DNA of 62,993 bases, filler included, from Basidioascus undulatus (GCA_000826855.1; 5 parts of 5 records of this genome joined end to end with filler, not necessarily neighbours in it); one strand, 5' to 3'; positions 25,284 to 39,326 are shown, counted from the whole stretch's first letter. The notes: generated by a model not told the origin, from the letters alone. Program-made: numbers and translations.

Positions 25284-28200
25284 CTAAGAGGAGAAGGAGC
25301 TCATGACGCTTGCGAAGAGGCTGGACAGCTCCGGAGCGAGAGAGGCAAACGCCGGGCCGTACTTTGCCCAGTCGTCGTGCTTGAGGACGTCGCGGAACGT
25401 GCGGAGGATGCCCCAAGGGTGAGGACGGGTGACGAGGAGGCGCTCGAGCAAGACGCGGGTGATGACGTCCGCGATCTTTTCGTCCTTGGTCTCGCCGAAG
25501 ATGTGCAGGATAAGGCGGTTGTACCAGAACGTGTGCGCGCTCGGGAAGCGGAGCTGGTTCGCTATCGCGCTCACGACGAGGTAACGACCTGCAGAGGGCA
25601 TTGAAGTCAGCGGACGTCGGGGGTGGACGAGCAGGCCAATCGCTTCAACGCACCTTCCGGGTCGAGGTCGGCCAAAAGCTGCTCAATGATTCCGACCGCG
25701 GGAGCGGTGGACACGAACGCGACCTGGCCCGTCTGCGCCTTCTGCTGCGCGACCGTGTACGCGCCGACATAGAGGACGAGCGCGTTGATCGCGGGGACGT
25801 TGTGACGCGTCTCTCCCTTCGCGTAGTCAGGCTCACCAACACCGGGAAGGACGAGGAGGTCCTTGAACGGCGGCACCGGTCCTCGCTGCTGAAGGTAGAG
25901 GTCGAGCGCGGCCCGGAAGTCGCTTGCCTGGAGCGCGAGCGTGTAGTCCAAGAGAACCGTCGGCACCTGGTGGATCTGGGGCAGGAGCTCGAGCTGGAGG
26001 GAAGGCGAGAATGGGTCGGGGAGAGTGACGGCCTTGCGGGGGAAGGCGGAGAGGATGAGGTTCCGGAGCTGGACGCAGGACGACGGTATGATGTCGCAGA
26101 AGCTCGCCGCGTAGTCGCTGAGGAACTCGGGGAAGTCGTGTAAGAGGACGAGCAGGATGCGCAGCGTGCCCTTGTACAGCGTCCTCGACGTGTTCTGCAA
26201 CTCGACTGTGCGCAGGAAGGGAGCGAGGAACCGGAACAGCGCAATGAGGAGACGGTGGAACGCAACCCAGCCCTGCAATGATCCACGGTCAGCTGCGAGA
26301 CCGAAAAGCGAAGGGCTTTTTGAAACGTACATCGCGGTTCTCCGGAGCAAGGATTTTCGGCATAAAGAGGCGGTGGGAAATGAGGGACATCCAGGAGAAA
26401 ACGAAGCCGGGGAAGTAGTTGGGCTGGAGGTTTGCGAGGGAGTTGCTGTTGAATGAAGGGTATTGTCAGCTAATGCCGTGTTCACGGACGGAGTCGGCGC
26501 TTACCTGATGGTGAGGAGGATGGCGGGGTAGGCGGTCTGGAGGCTCGACTCGAGGCCGTGGAGGTCGACGAGGAGGCTCGAGAAGAGGCGGAAGAAGGGC
26601 TTCTGCTGGAAGTGCGGTCCAAGCTCCTCGTGGCTCTGGGCGAGGACGAGGCTTGCGATGGAGATGATCTTGTTGAGGTAAGTGACCTTCGCCTGGTCGT
26701 GGTTCGCGCCCGTCGGGTCCGCGTGGTACTTGATCAAGAGCACGACGAGCTTAGCCAGCGCGTCGATCGGCTGGAACACGAACGCCGGGTTGGCGCCCTC
26801 GGCCTTCTGCTTAATGTAGCTGTCGACGCCGAGCTCGACGCAGATCCGGAAGAAGAGCGTCGACGTCTCCTCGCCCTTGAGCACGCCCTGGTTCGACAGC
26901 TGCTGGATGAAGGGCACGAAGACCTTCTCGGGCGACGGCGACATGCCGAAGATCTTGACCCACTCGGCGAAGCGGAGCGCGAGCTGCTGGCGCAGCGTCG
27001 CGTTGCCGTCCGCGAGGTCGCTGGCGGACGGGGTCGCGATGCGCGGCGGCTGCGCGGCGGGCGCGTTCGACTTGAGGCCCTCGTGAAGGAGCGTCATTCT
27101 GCAGGTGGGCGTCAGGTTACTCCTCTTTCTTCGTTCGGCAGGTCAAGCATCATGAACGTACGACTCGGTCGTCTTGCTCCGCTGCGCCGCAAACGCGAGC
27201 GCCTCGAGCGAGTTGATGAAATGCGCGCGCGTCGCCGTAACCGGCTCAGCAAACAGGCACTCGCGGATGAGCTTGGCGGTGAAGTCGATCGTGCTCAGAC
27301 GGAGCTCGCGGACAATGACGCGGCTGAGCGAGACGTCGAGCTGGGCAGCGTTGATGAGGCCGGCACGGACGAGCGCGACGGTGACGGGCACGTTGAACTT
27401 GCGCTGCACGGCATGTGCATCCCCATGTCAGCAACATACAATGTGAGAAAAAGTAAGCACCGAAGGGGACGTACGTCGTCGTCGGCGAGGATAAGCCACT
27501 CCATGACCTCCTTGGCGGCCTTGGCGGAAACCTCGCAAAGACGCTCAAGGAGGACGACGAAGACCTCGCGCGCGAGCTGCGAGTCGCTCTTGTACAGGAG
27601 TTGGACGACCTTCTGCGCAAAGCCGAGCGCGGTCTCCTCGCGCGTGACGGACTGCGCAGCGACGACCGGGATCTGCTGGACGATCTGGCGGATCTCGTTT
27701 GTCGGCGGAAGAGCGGCGACGTTAGGAGCGCCCACGGCCGCGAGCGCCTTGTCGAGTTCGACGAGCAGTTGCTGGAAGCGTCGTTACAGGGTCAGTAAGT
27801 TGGAACACGAGGAATGCCAAGATGCGAAATGCAAGCTCACTGTGAACTTCTCAAACGCCTGCTGCGTGGTCAGCAAGCCGGGGCCGGCCATCGCGCCGTC
27901 GAAGGCAAGGTCGGGCGTCGCGGGCGACGCAGGGTAGGCCGCTTGCGGCATTCCCGCGCGAGACACAGATCGCTTGCCATCGGAACCTGATCGCCGCAGT
28001 ACCACCGACCCACATTAGCGTCCGTGTCACTTCACGAAGACACAAAATGAAATAGCACTCACCGGCACTCTGCGCGCGCGGAAGACGGCCAAAGTCCTCG
28101 TAGACGTGGAGCTGCTGCGCCTCGAGGCCGTTCGGCTTGATGCGGAGGAGGTCCGGCAGGCTCGCCGAGAAGTGCGCGGCGGACACGGCCGCGTTGTCCC

Positions 28201-28913
28201 AGTAAGCCTGGTTCGAGCGCTGCAAAAGCAGGCCAACATTGCAATGCCAGTCTGAGCTCTAGATGGAAGAAGCGTCGCTAAAAGGTTGTCCACGTACCTC
28301 GCGGTGCTTGCGGCGGTTGACGTAGCCGACGGCGAGGCCCTCGTCGACCTCCGGGATGGCCTTCTCCATCGCGGCCTTCTCGATGATCGAGCACGCGAGG
28401 TCGAGGTTGTCCTGGACGATCGTGAACACCGCCTGCTCCGGGACGGTTTGCTGTGGGAGTCGGCGGCGGCCCACGATCAGCCATCCGTCGAATGTGTGTT
28501 AAACTCACCTAACAACTCACCTCCGTGAACCCATTCTGCATGAGCAAGTTCCTCGCGTGGGTGACCATGCTGATCCTCAGCGGCTCCTTGCATGTGACGA
28601 GCGCGAGGTTGCCGGCCAAGTTCTGGACCATCAAGTGCGCTGCGCCCTGCATCTTGCGCTCGTCGCCCTCCATCGCAAAGTCCTTGGCGACGAGCTCACG
28701 CGTCGAGAGCGCGGCGATCGTGACGGAGCGCTCGACGACGGGCGCGATGATCTCGCGGATGGCGCGCTCGATCGCGATGTGAATGATGCGCTTGAGCTGC
28801 GGGTTCGTCGCGAAGAGCGGGATCGCCGGGTTGAACGTAATGTATTGCGCAAGATTCGGCAGGCCCGAGATGAGCTGGTCCGCCTGCGCCACCGCGACGC
28901 CGCCCGCGAGGCT
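25284..28913 (-). CDS. NOT1: CCR4-NOT scaffold subunit NOT1, C-terminal part (5' cut by spacer)
   Basis: AIREIIAPVVERSVTIA...KDFAME, LALVTCKEPLR, FQQKPFFRLFSSLL, LLVLLHDFPEFL, QLRNLILSAFP, ANQLRFPSAHT, ITRVLLERLLVTRPHPWG. Confidence 0.96.
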
Positions 28914-29013
28914 NNNNNNNNNNNNNNNNNNNNNNNNNNNNNNNNNNNNNNNNNNNNTTAATTAATTAANNNNNNNNNNNNNNNNNNNNNNNNNNNNNNN
29001 NNNNNNNNNNNNN
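28914..29013. other. Artificial contig spacer
   Basis: 100 nt: N-run + TTAATTAATTAA (stops in all six frames) + N-run. Confidence 0.98.
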
Positions 29014-32000
29014 CGCCGTGGAGCACCTCGCGGACACCGCCGCGCAGCTGCACCTGCCGCCGCACCTGCCGCTTTTCCTCTTTGCGGGGATCATCGCGTA
29101 CGTCGCGGCACGTCAGGTGGGCCTGATGTGGACGGCGGCACTTGCGCTGTTGGGATGGGTTTTGCGCGAGTACACGGCGGATGATGGGAGGGCGGCGGAG
29201 GTCAAGGAAGTGCGTCTTGGCGGAGAGGGCGCCGATGATGTGGGGAAGCTGAATTGGGTCGCGTGGGTGTGGTGTGCGGGTAGATACATAGCGATAGCGA
29301 GTCGGCGGAGTGGGTCAACGCTGCGCTTGCCGGGCTGTGGCCCGTACTCAATACCGAGCTCTTGTGCGTTCTGACCTTTTCTTTTCACCTCGTTTTCGAT
29401 TTCCAATGGTTCGCTCACACCGTTCGTGCCTCGCCCAGTGCGCCGGTAATTGACCTCTTGGAGGACGCGCTGACCCAGCAAGTCCCGCCTATCATCGTGC
29501 GCTCCCCTCTTCCATCCCTCTTCCATCAGTCTCGCAGCGGAGAACCACCTCTGATGCCTTGTTCCTGGTCCCCTTCTTAGCACTCCGTCCGCATCGACAC
29601 GGTCGCCCTCGGAACGACTCCCCTCCGCTTGACGTCCTTCCGCCGCCTGCCGCCAGGCGAGGAGGGCTTCCTCCCCGACGAGAAGGTGACGACCACGACG
29701 CGCAAACGCAGGAAGCGCGGTCGCATTCTGTGGCGGCGCCATCGCTTGGACGAGCAGGCTACGGCGCTGGAGGAGGGCGATCAGACGGCGGAGGAAGAGG
29801 AGGAGGAGGGCGTTGAGCAGGACGTCAACCCGGAAGGAGGGGACTACGTGGTGAGTCTTCGTTAAACCTTGTGCACCACGATTAACGGGAAGCAGCTGAC
29901 AGGAGAGGGTTATGGTAGAACTACGAAGTCGAGTTCGAGCTCGTCCCTCCGCCATCCCACCTGAACGGTCCTACACGACAAGAGAAGGCGCACCTCCTCG
30001 CGTACTTTGGCGTGGGTATCAAAGGCGTCGGCGTCGAGATTCGTTGCGTGACATTCTTTTGCCTCCCTGCGCTTCTCCCTTCCGGAAGGACGGGCCGCTT
30101 ATACCGACGGGGGTTGATTCTGGAACAGCTGTATGGGTCGCCATCCGCCGCGTCAAGGGCATCGTACGCCTCTGTCTTTCCAAAGGTTTACTTCTGTCCC
30201 ACTGATACAGCGGGAAACACAGATGCGCTTGCGATTGCTCCTCGACCCTGCGCCACCCTTCGCCCGCATCGGTACCTTCACGCTCCCGCGCATGCCGCAC
30301 ATCGACATTTCCGCGCAGCCGATCAAGAAAGGCTTCCTGGACGCCATGCGGTGAGTAACATGTGTTTACCAATCGCAGCTGCTCAACTTGCTCATCCCTG
30401 GTGTTGTTCGACAGACTGCCTGGCATGTCTCCCTACGTGCAGCGCTCAATCAAGATGGTCGCTTCGGTACGGCTACGTACTACTTCATTAATTTTCAACT
30501 TCGGGGTGCTGATCAACTCGGCCACAAAGAACTTCATCTCGCCTCGCAGCTACAGCATAGACCTCGACAGGCTTCTCAGTGGCCGCGAAGGCTCTCTGCG
30601 TGCGTCTATTAAGGACTTCCGAATGCGTTGGATTCAGTTCTGATTAGAAGGCTACGCGCAGGCACACACGCCATTGGCGTCCTCGTCGTCACGCTCCATG
30701 CTGCTTCCGGCCTCCGAGCCGCCGACGCCAGCGGCACATCCGACCCCTACGCCGTCATCTCTTTCTCGCGCTTCGCGAAGCCCTTATTCTCTACCCGGAC
30801 GATCGTGAAGACACTCGACCCGCGCTGGGAGGTACGCCCTGCTGCATTGTTGCTTTTCGCACCGACTCGGCTGATGACATGTTCCCCGCAGGAAACGGCG
30901 TTTGTGCCGATCTCTGCAGACTCGATCGAGAATGGCGAGAACCTCCGAATCACGATCTGCGATTCTGACAAGTGGTCGGCAGACGACGTTCTTGGGTCCA
31001 TCGGTGAGTGCCGTTAGCGATCTGAGGCCTCAACTGCCACCAAGCTCAAAGGATCTGGTACCCGTAGAGGTGCCCCTCGATACCATCGTCGAGCAAGGCG
31101 AGCGGCTCTCGAAAGCGCGTGGTGGACTGCCAGCGATAGGCGAGGGCGTCCAGCGGCGGACGGACGCGCTAATCGCGAGCAGCCACAAGTCCCTCCCCTC
31201 GCACGGCTCGCTCGAGTGGAGCGTGCGCTATTGCCCGCTCGTCGCGACCGTCATGGTGCCGTCCGTGCAGGACGACCACCCCGCCGCGCCTGGGCCCGAA
31301 CCGGAACCGGAACCGGCGTCGACAGTCGACAAGCTCCACCGCCTCGTCGCGTCGCTCAAGCCGGAGCCGTTTGCTTGGGAGACGGAGAGGCTGGAACGCC
31401 GGCGCGAGACGGTTGGGTGGCTCACGGGTGCCCGCGCGAGGGAGGCGCTCGAGGCAGCTGATCCGCCCAACAAGGATCTCCACGCTGCCATCGTGCAGTT
31501 CACTATCCATCAAGCGGAAAATCTCGGTGCGTGCGACTACGGACGGATTGCAGGCCATGTGGGCACTGATACGCAGAAATCATTGCAGAGCTCCAGACCC
31601 GCGATTCGACCCTCACCTCGCACGCCAAGCGCCGCTCGGCCAATGGGAAGCCTGCCTTGCCTTCGGCGACGGACCCGGCCGAGGCGGACCTTGTCGATCC
31701 TCCGTCAAGCTACGTGGAAGTCATCAGTGTGTTCTTTCTCGGTGTCCATTCCTTCATATACGTGTACATGGCTGAATCAGACATTTCTACGTTCAGGCAA
31801 CGACGTCCTCATCTATCGCACGCGCACCAAAGCATTTGACTCCCGGCCATATGTACGCATTTTCCTCCTCTTGACTTGTGGGAGCCGCAGCTGAACAGAA
31901 CCCGGACGCAGATCTCGGCCCAAGCAGAGCGGTTCGTACGGTAAGCTGTGCCGCATTTGTTCCGTCGGTATAAAGCCTGACAGGTGCGGGTTTCAGTGAT

Positions 32001-33350
32001 TGGAATCACGCCCGGCTAGACTTCGTGGTCCGTGACGAGCGGCCTGCCGAGCAAGGTACGTCGGAGAGACCTGCCTCAGCCCCGTCGTTCGAGTCTTCTG
32101 GCGCTGAAGCTTGGCGCTGCCCACAGATCCTGTCATCGGAATCGTCTCTCTCAAACTTTCCGAAGTGCTTTGCAGAGCGTCACAGGTGGGCAAATCTGCT
32201 CAGTACAAAGCGACTAGAGAAAGCTCTGACAAGCCGACATCAGGTCACCCGTTGGTACCCGCTCGCTGGCGGCTGTGGCTGGGGTCGGCTACGGTAAGCA
32301 CCTGCATGTTTTGGAGAGAACCGGTTCGCTTGCTGACCCATTCGTATTGATAGGATTTCGCTCCTGATCAAAACTGTCGACCTCGCGCTCGAGCCCGGCA
32401 TGCGCGGCTGGGAGCTCGGCACGCTTGCGATAGCGAGCGTCGCCGCAGCGGAAGTGGATGGCTCGCTGTTCAAGAGCGGCAAAGCTGTCGAAGTCGAACT
32501 CGGCACGGACTCCGCGGAGCACGAGCTCGACGCTACGCGCCCCGGGGAAAACGGGAGCTTCCAATTCGCCGTGCCGAAGGTTGTCCGCCTCCCCGTTCGG
32601 TACAGGCACCACGGGAGCCTGGAGCTCGAGTTCCGCGAGAAACGGCTCGTCGAGAAGGCGCCCTTCGCGCTCGGAATCCTCCCTCTGACACGCCTCGAGG
32701 ACGGCATCCACTATCGCGAGCTGCGCCTCCCACTGTGGAAGCCGAGCGAGGCTGTAGCAGCTGCCTTTTGGCCAGTGGACGCGGAGGAGCCGAACCCGTA
32801 CACGCCAGTAGGCGTCGCGGTCCTCACTCTCGCGTACCTCCCAGGGTACTCTCGCGCACACCGCCGCATCATCTCGGGCGACAAGCAGCTCCTCCGCAGC
32901 TACGAATCGTGGCAGCTGCAGACGGCAACGGGCGACCGGCCCAAGCAGCAGAACATCCGGGGGCACCGCCGCGGCGGCGGAGGCTCGCTTGGGTCCCTCG
33001 CGTCCCTAACGCTCTGGCAGTCGGGCTCGAGCTCTTCCCTCAACGCCGACGAGCCGGACGAGGCTCAGCAACAAGCGCAAGTGCGCTCGCCGGCCTCTGC
33101 GCGCTTCCCCTCGGAATCGAGCGAAGGCGCGCAAGAAGAGGAGGACGGGGAGGCGGACGCGTCCGCCCTGCTTGGTGACGACGATGACGGGCAGAAGGAC
33201 AAGAAGTTCTCTCCGAGCGGCCCCAAGGCGCTGCGGGTGTTCCGCTGGGCGAAGGACGGCGTTGGGAACCGCCTCGCGGAGGCGCGGCGGGTGGGCCGAC
33301 ATGGCGAGCGCAGGCCGGTGGTGGAGAAGGAGACGATTTCGGCTTTGTGA
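29014..33350 (+). CDS. Mug190/tricalbin-like membrane-contact protein (TM + SMP + multiple C2 domains), 5' cut by spacer
   Basis: N-terminal hydrophobic hairpin, EWVNAALAGLWP (start of SMP domain), IGVLVVTLHAASGL...GTSDPYAVISFSRFAKPLFSTR, DSDKWSADDVLG, PSSYVEV...YRTRTK, DPVIGIVSLKLSEV, WYPLAGGCGWGR, C-terminal RPVVEKE. Confidence 0.85.
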
Positions 33351-33844
33351 TTCTGCGCCTTGCATACTTGTAAGCCTTCCTTTTCCCCACCCCGGCTTCG
33401 TTTCCGGTCGTCCAAGTAGACAATCGGCTGACGCATTGCATGTGGGCGTTTGTGCAGAACAGAGTGGATCAGAAACCATTGCGTGCTCGTTGGACAATGT
33501 ACACTTTTCGCATATTATTCTGCAGTAATTCCCTCGTTTTGCATCGTTTTTTCTTGTAGCACAACAGTGCATGGATGCTTTACCGATCATCCGACCTTCC
33601 GTATGTTGGTTCCAGCAGATGCAATGAGGTGCTGTTGACTGCTTTGAGAATGCGCAAATCTATAAGCATGAAATTCGGTTCTCAAAAGAGGCGGAGCATA
33701 CGAAAAACTGAATCGGATGCCGCGCAGTCTGCGACAATCAAGCGGAAGTTGTTTGTCTGGAACGGCACGGGCTGTGCCCCATCTCCATTCTTCGCTTTAC
33801 CACTATCTTCCTCATACAGCTCACTTTCGGCTGTATGGCTCACA

Positions 33845-34600
33845 TTCTCGAATTTCCGAACTAAACCCTCTCTCAAATCGTCTTCGAAGCGTACTTCACC
33901 GACGATTCGAATTCGGTGCCATCTGCGCCCGCGCACGCAAGTCGCCGTTCTCTTCGCTCTTCGTCTGTAAGCGTCTAACGCCTATCGCGCTCGCGTATCT
34001 CCAGCGCATCGTGCGCCTGCCAGCCAGCGACGGTGTAACTTGTTTCTGGCTTATCTTCAAAAGAACGAAGGTGCGGCGGCGCGAGTAATGACGCTCGTCA
34101 TTGTCATTTGGTATCAATCGCGAACGTCCGTCATCACGGCCATCCTTCGCTCATGTTCTGCGGTGAAGACGCTCAAACTCGACGCTTCGGGGTCTGACTT
34201 CCCTTTCGGAGGCTCAGGCTCTCTGTGAAGGCCTGAAAGTCCTTCGCCTCGAATCCTTTTTCCTGGTTCTGCCTTGGTTGGGTCCGTCCCATGCGGGCGT
34301 GGATGAGGTCGTTCTTGAGCTGCTCGGGATGTGGAAGTCTCAGCGCCCGCTTCAATACCTATTACTTGGATTGTGCGTCGGCAGCGGCGCGCCGGAGTGC
34401 GCTTCTGTGCCTGTTGCTACGCTGCGTTTGTTGCCTGCAACGCGCGTCAAGCTTGGGATTAGCCTGATGAGCAATCCGCACGTCAAGTCACTGGAGATTC
34501 TGGGGTTGAATGACGGCCGCTCCTCTAGGGATTCATGGCTGAGATTTTACGCCCGTCGTTGCGGGGAGAAAGCGAGACACGAGCTGCTGTACAGGGCTTG
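33845..34600 (+). pseudogene. Degenerate F-box/LRR-like gene remnant
   Basis: Fragments in different frames resemble basidiomycete F-box/RNI proteins: FPN*TLSQIVFEAY, LFVCKRLTPIALAYLQRIVRL, AILRSCSAVKTLKLDA. Stops and frameshifts lie between them. Confidence 0.35.
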
Positions 34601-37184
34601 AAGATGTGGCGATGGACAGGGACGGGTTTTGATGCAGACATGTGACCATGTGACGCAGGCCTACATTTAGCACTATGAACGAATGGTGTTATGCACCCCG
34701 TTATTTGGACCAGCAAGGTGGTTCAGTTGTGGGCTAAGGTGGTCTTCCGACTCTTCCTCAAGATCCAAGAGCTCACTCCAGCGAAGTGCACAAGTACGTA
34801 CGGGGGTGTTGGACCTACACCGTACTGCAATCGACTCGCATTACTAGCTCAATGTTGGGTTCTTTCTATTATATGACGGACATATTCATTAGAGTGCATA
34901 TGAACACCAGTCGGCCCTTGGCTGTGCGGCTGCCCTTCTGGCTGTGTACCGAAGAAGACACTGGGTCAAACACGGAGCCCACCACAACACGGAATATAGA
35001 AGAAACTGCACATTGGAAAACTAATACACAAACCTATCAGTACTGCCTCCGCATGCAGGACAATGTCCGGGGTATGTGCGAGTTTCATCAAAATATGTGG
35101 CCGCTGGCAATCTTGTAAGCTCAACCTTTTAGGCCTATGAACTGATGATTTTGAGGTTGCCTGAGCTTCTAGATTCACGAAGATACTATAATGGAGAATC
35201 ATTATCTGGTGGTCTGTGAATGTGGGAGAAGTCCCGCTATCATCGGTATAGGCAAGGTGGTGCTGCCTGTATACGCTGCCGGACCCCGAACTCTCTCTGC
35301 AACTCGTTTGCTAGTCTTGCCATCCGGGAAAAAGGCCGAAGAAAACTCCGCAAGAGTGGGAAAGGAGCTATCGTGGACTCAGCATTTGTAACAGTCTACC
35401 GCTGCCTGGAGTACCGACCAGAGACGAGGAAGAATTGTTGTGCCAACCGTCGTTTTGATCGATTCCTTTTACCCTGCTGCCATTACAGAATTTTAAGGGG
35501 CTTTAACAAGAGTGGTTTTTCCTCTACATACCCCCAATATATCGACTTGCATTGTGTACAGAGGACGTGCACCTCAACCGCAGAGGCCGCCTGAAAGGCT
35601 ATAGCACACACACAGCGGCTTCTTCCTAATTTTACGGTATGTGCTTAGCCTGTTGAGGTACAAAAATAAAAATCAGATCCCATCAAAGAGCCTGCTTGAA
35701 TAGCAGCGTATTTGGCAATAGTCACCGTAGCTTTCAAGGGTCGTCCTTCCCAGTGCTCCGCGTTTGTCACCACTAAGAGTTATCTCAGCCTCGATCGTCA
35801 TACCTATAGTTTCAAATCTTCCGACAGCTCTCAACCGCCCAAGCCCCGAACTCCTGACTGAACCACAGACGTCGAGGTCAGCTCAGAGCTGTCAAGCATT
35901 GAAGTGTGTCTGAAGCTGGTGTACGTGCTTTTACTATGACCATACATTTTACGCAACTAAGTAAACAAAAAATTTCAGGGCATATATCAAGTGGTAACTC
36001 GGTGTGGCACGTCTTCGTGAACACCTCCTGTGACGCTCCCGATGCAGGCCTTGCGGTGCTTTCTGAAAGCTCCCGAAACTGCTTTCACCGCTTCCATAGG
36101 GTGCGCGACAATGCCTTTGCACATCCGCACGACAAAAGAATGCATGCATTATTAGGCTTGTTCACCTCCCTTGAGCACCAGAAAATACTCCGGGTCCAGG
36201 TTATGTTTGTGCAAACTTCTCGTTCTGCGCTGTCACTAGCCTGTCGCACTCCTCTGCATGCTCTGAACTGAGGCTGGCTATTGCCTGCAGCCGCAGCACC
36301 AGGCTGTACGGAATATGCGCCAGACCATGCCATGCACGCGAAGGACATGTCCCGAGAAATCTTATGCTAGAGGAAAGGGTTGATTGGTATACAGAGCTGG
36401 GGTGTGGGCCGGAGCAGAGAGACATTGGCCAGTCGCTTCTCCTCGATCTGACTTTCTAACTTCGCTTTTCGCACCTCTTCTCGCCGACTTCTCTTCTCAG
36501 CCGCTCTCTCTCTTCGGACACCTAGAGCCATGTCACCATCCCCAAAACCAATGCCCTTCTCGTCGTCCGCCAACCGCAGCGGTGTCCGACTTCTGACTGC
36601 TCAGCACGGCATCGACCCCTCCCCTGCCTTAGGCTTTCTCTTCACTATATTCAAAAACATCTTTCTGTAAAATTTCAAGTACCGTCACGTTCTCACCTAT
36701 AATCTCCATCACAAGGGCTGTTTCTTCACTACTGTAGTGACTTCTAGCTTGTCCCACAGTCGACGATGAACGGTAGAGTAGGATGAACGTTACCTTTATG
36801 TTCGATCTTCCTTCAAATTTCAACCTCGGTCTTAGCATTCTGACCCGACCTCCCTTCTCCCGCCGGCTCGCTGACATAGACACCGTCTCGGCATCGGATT
36901 TCATCGCAGTGTACAACTTTTCATTGTACGTCCCTCTTCTCCCATGCTCACACTTTTTCCCCAGTATCGGACCTTGAGACTTCCTTCGAGGTGACCAACA
37001 GCGACGAAACGCAAGTCGACGCAACAACCAACGGCGACCCATTCCCGTCCTCCAGACCGCGGAACGACCGGGCCGCCACCGCGCCGCTCGCCCCGCGCTT
37101 GAGCCATTTCGACGACACGACGCGTCTTCTCGCTCGACACAACGCTCAGCACTCGTATCCTCACTCGACCGTTCACTTCGTACG

Positions 37185-37437
37185 ATGTTCCCCCCGTCAT
37201 CGCAGTCGTCGGTCTACTCGATTCTGTCCCTCGATGGCTCTGCACTCGCTGGCATCGACGCGCTCTCCGCACCGACAACCGCAAACACCACAACATCTTC
37301 GACTTCCCGCCCTCGCGACGCGTCACCCGCACAACGCCAGCCACAGCCGCAGGAGCAGACGGAAGAGTCTGCGTTCATGGCCAACCTCCTTGCGGGGCTC
37401 GACGACGAGTGCTTCAGCCACATGCCATCCAGCTCCG
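37185..37437 (+). CDS. 5' end of a gene cut by spacer; possibly DNA2 nuclease/helicase (Pol alpha catalytic subunit as alternative)
   Basis: The ORF is open up to the gap. EESAFMANLLAGLDDECF resembles, from memory, an N-terminal motif of basidiomycete Dna2/Pol1 proteins. No catalytic domain is visible. Confidence 0.35.
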
Positions 37438-37537
37438 NNNNNNNNNNNNNNNNNNNNNNNNNNNNNNNNNNNNNNNNNNNNTTAATTAATTAANNNNNNN
37501 NNNNNNNNNNNNNNNNNNNNNNNNNNNNNNNNNNNNN
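37438..37537. other. Artificial contig spacer
   Basis: N-run + TTAATTAATTAA + N-run. Confidence 0.98.
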
Positions 37538-39326
37538 GCGGGGACGCGAGCCCACCACTCTTATCTTTGTTGAGCGAGCGTCTAGCAGACGCGTAGAGAA
37601 AGAAATAGATATGGAGGAAGAAGGCTGTCAGTGCGCGGCGGTCTGGCAGGAAGGAAGAAGCCGGACCGGATCGACTTCATCAGTTCGCTTGTAGGCTGAA
37701 ACGGCGCGACGGAAAGGGGGCGGGGAGAGTAAGAGTGAGTGGGGACTGATCAGCGCGGTGGGAGGCGCGTGCTCGTTGGCGGCGATGGCGAGGACGCGTA
37801 GCGCAATAAAGAGAGCAAGGAGAGGGCGTGCAGGTTGCGAGGAGGGTGAGGGCGAGCAGGCGTTCGGGCGAGGGGAGGATGATGCGCAGAGGGCGAGCGC
37901 GCGACAAATGGGTGCAAATCCGTCCCGATCGTTTGTTTCTTCGTTTCACCTTCGGGAGTGCTGGGTTTCGACTTTTTTTTTGTTCTCGCTCCTCCGCACA
38001 GTCGTTTTTGTGGTGATCGGTCGAGAAAATTGAGGAGGCAATGTAGAGTGGCATGCAAGTGCATAGTGATGGTCAATGCTTAGACGCGCTGGACGATCTG
38101 CTGTAAATTAAACCCTCACGTTCGAAACACAGTCGCGTTCAAAACCCCGCACTGGCATCTCTTCTCCCCAGGTGCACGTCGCTTGTCAGAGCAAGGAGAT
38201 TGAAGGTTACAAGCATTTCCTGTTGTCGCAGCGGCAAGCCTTTTAACTTGATCATACACGACGTGGACAGCCACTGATGGCAATACCCGCCTTCCAACCA
38301 ATGCACAGACGATTTCGAGCATATGCAATTGCTGCCGAGCTGCGCAGGCTGAACTTCGCTGGTTTTTGACATGGTGGACCAGGGGGTTCGATTCCCTCCA
38401 AAGCTCAATACTGACAACGCACTGCATGCGAACGAAGCACACACAATCCATCCAACATACAGCTGAGCGCCGCACGGTACGCAATTCGTCAATCCGCCTC
38501 CATCCCAAACCCCCACCTCCCCATCCCATCCTCCCAACGCCATCACACCCCCACTCCAAACCTCCTCGCAAACGGCCTAGCCTCCTCCCCACTCTGCTCG
38601 CCGGGACCGGGTGGCCGCCGGCTCGATGATTTATACAACGATGCCCCGCGGGTTGAATTCAGCGTCTGTTCGTAGTAATCATGAGCATTGTTCTTTGATT
38701 GCTCTCAGAGGCGTGGAGCGTGTCGCATGCAAGGCGAGAGCCATCGAAGCGGGCATCTGCAGACAGAGACTGCACGAGGAATGCCAGCTGCGTGTACTCG
38801 AGGGATGCACTGGTCCCAACAACTACAGACCGCCGACCAAGTCACAGTGTCAATGCGAGGAAGAATCACAAGTTGGATGGGTATCCAGCGCGGACCATCG
38901 CGCCAACGACGACTTAATAAGAGACTCCGATTCAGCACGCCCAGTAAGCACTGCAGGAAGTCGATTGTCCCGTCAAGAGGTCCTCACCGTCTCGTCTATC
39001 GTCGATGGAGAGCTGCAGATGCGTGAGCTGCGTCTGGATGCCCGGTCTGAAGCGGTCTGCGCCTGGATCCCTGGAATGAGTGCCGTATGCGCCTGCATCG
39101 CTGCGAGCTGCCCCTGCATCGCAGGCAGTGCCGTCGTCCCTGCTCAGGAGCTATCCGACAGTCAGCTCCGAGTCGGGTCTTTTGGACGGCCTTGGGACAG
39201 CACCCGACCGCTGCGCATCTCCAGCTCCCGCTCCGCCTGCGACGTTCGGGAGATGATTGGGTTGGGAGAGGACGGGAGGAATGGGACGGCGGGAGGAGGA
39301 AGGGGAGGGGTTGGGAGAGGATGGAC

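Noticed and set aside
26558..27937. 459-aa + strand ORF, and similar long ORFs such as 50609-52303, 40236-40868 and 29113-29955
   Set aside because: These are antisense or alternative-frame shadows of GC-rich real genes (NOT1, MGE1/RPA43, RAD54, the SMP-C2 gene) and have no domain of their own.
28958..28969. TTAATTAATTAA palindrome as a regulatory site or transposon target
   Set aside because: It is embedded in N-runs and repeated identically four times, so it is an artificial linker.
36367..36800. Minus-strand charged ORF fragments (RREEVRKAKLESQIEEKR...)
   Set aside because: I could not assemble a spliced gene or assign a family. It may be a remnant, but that is unsupported.
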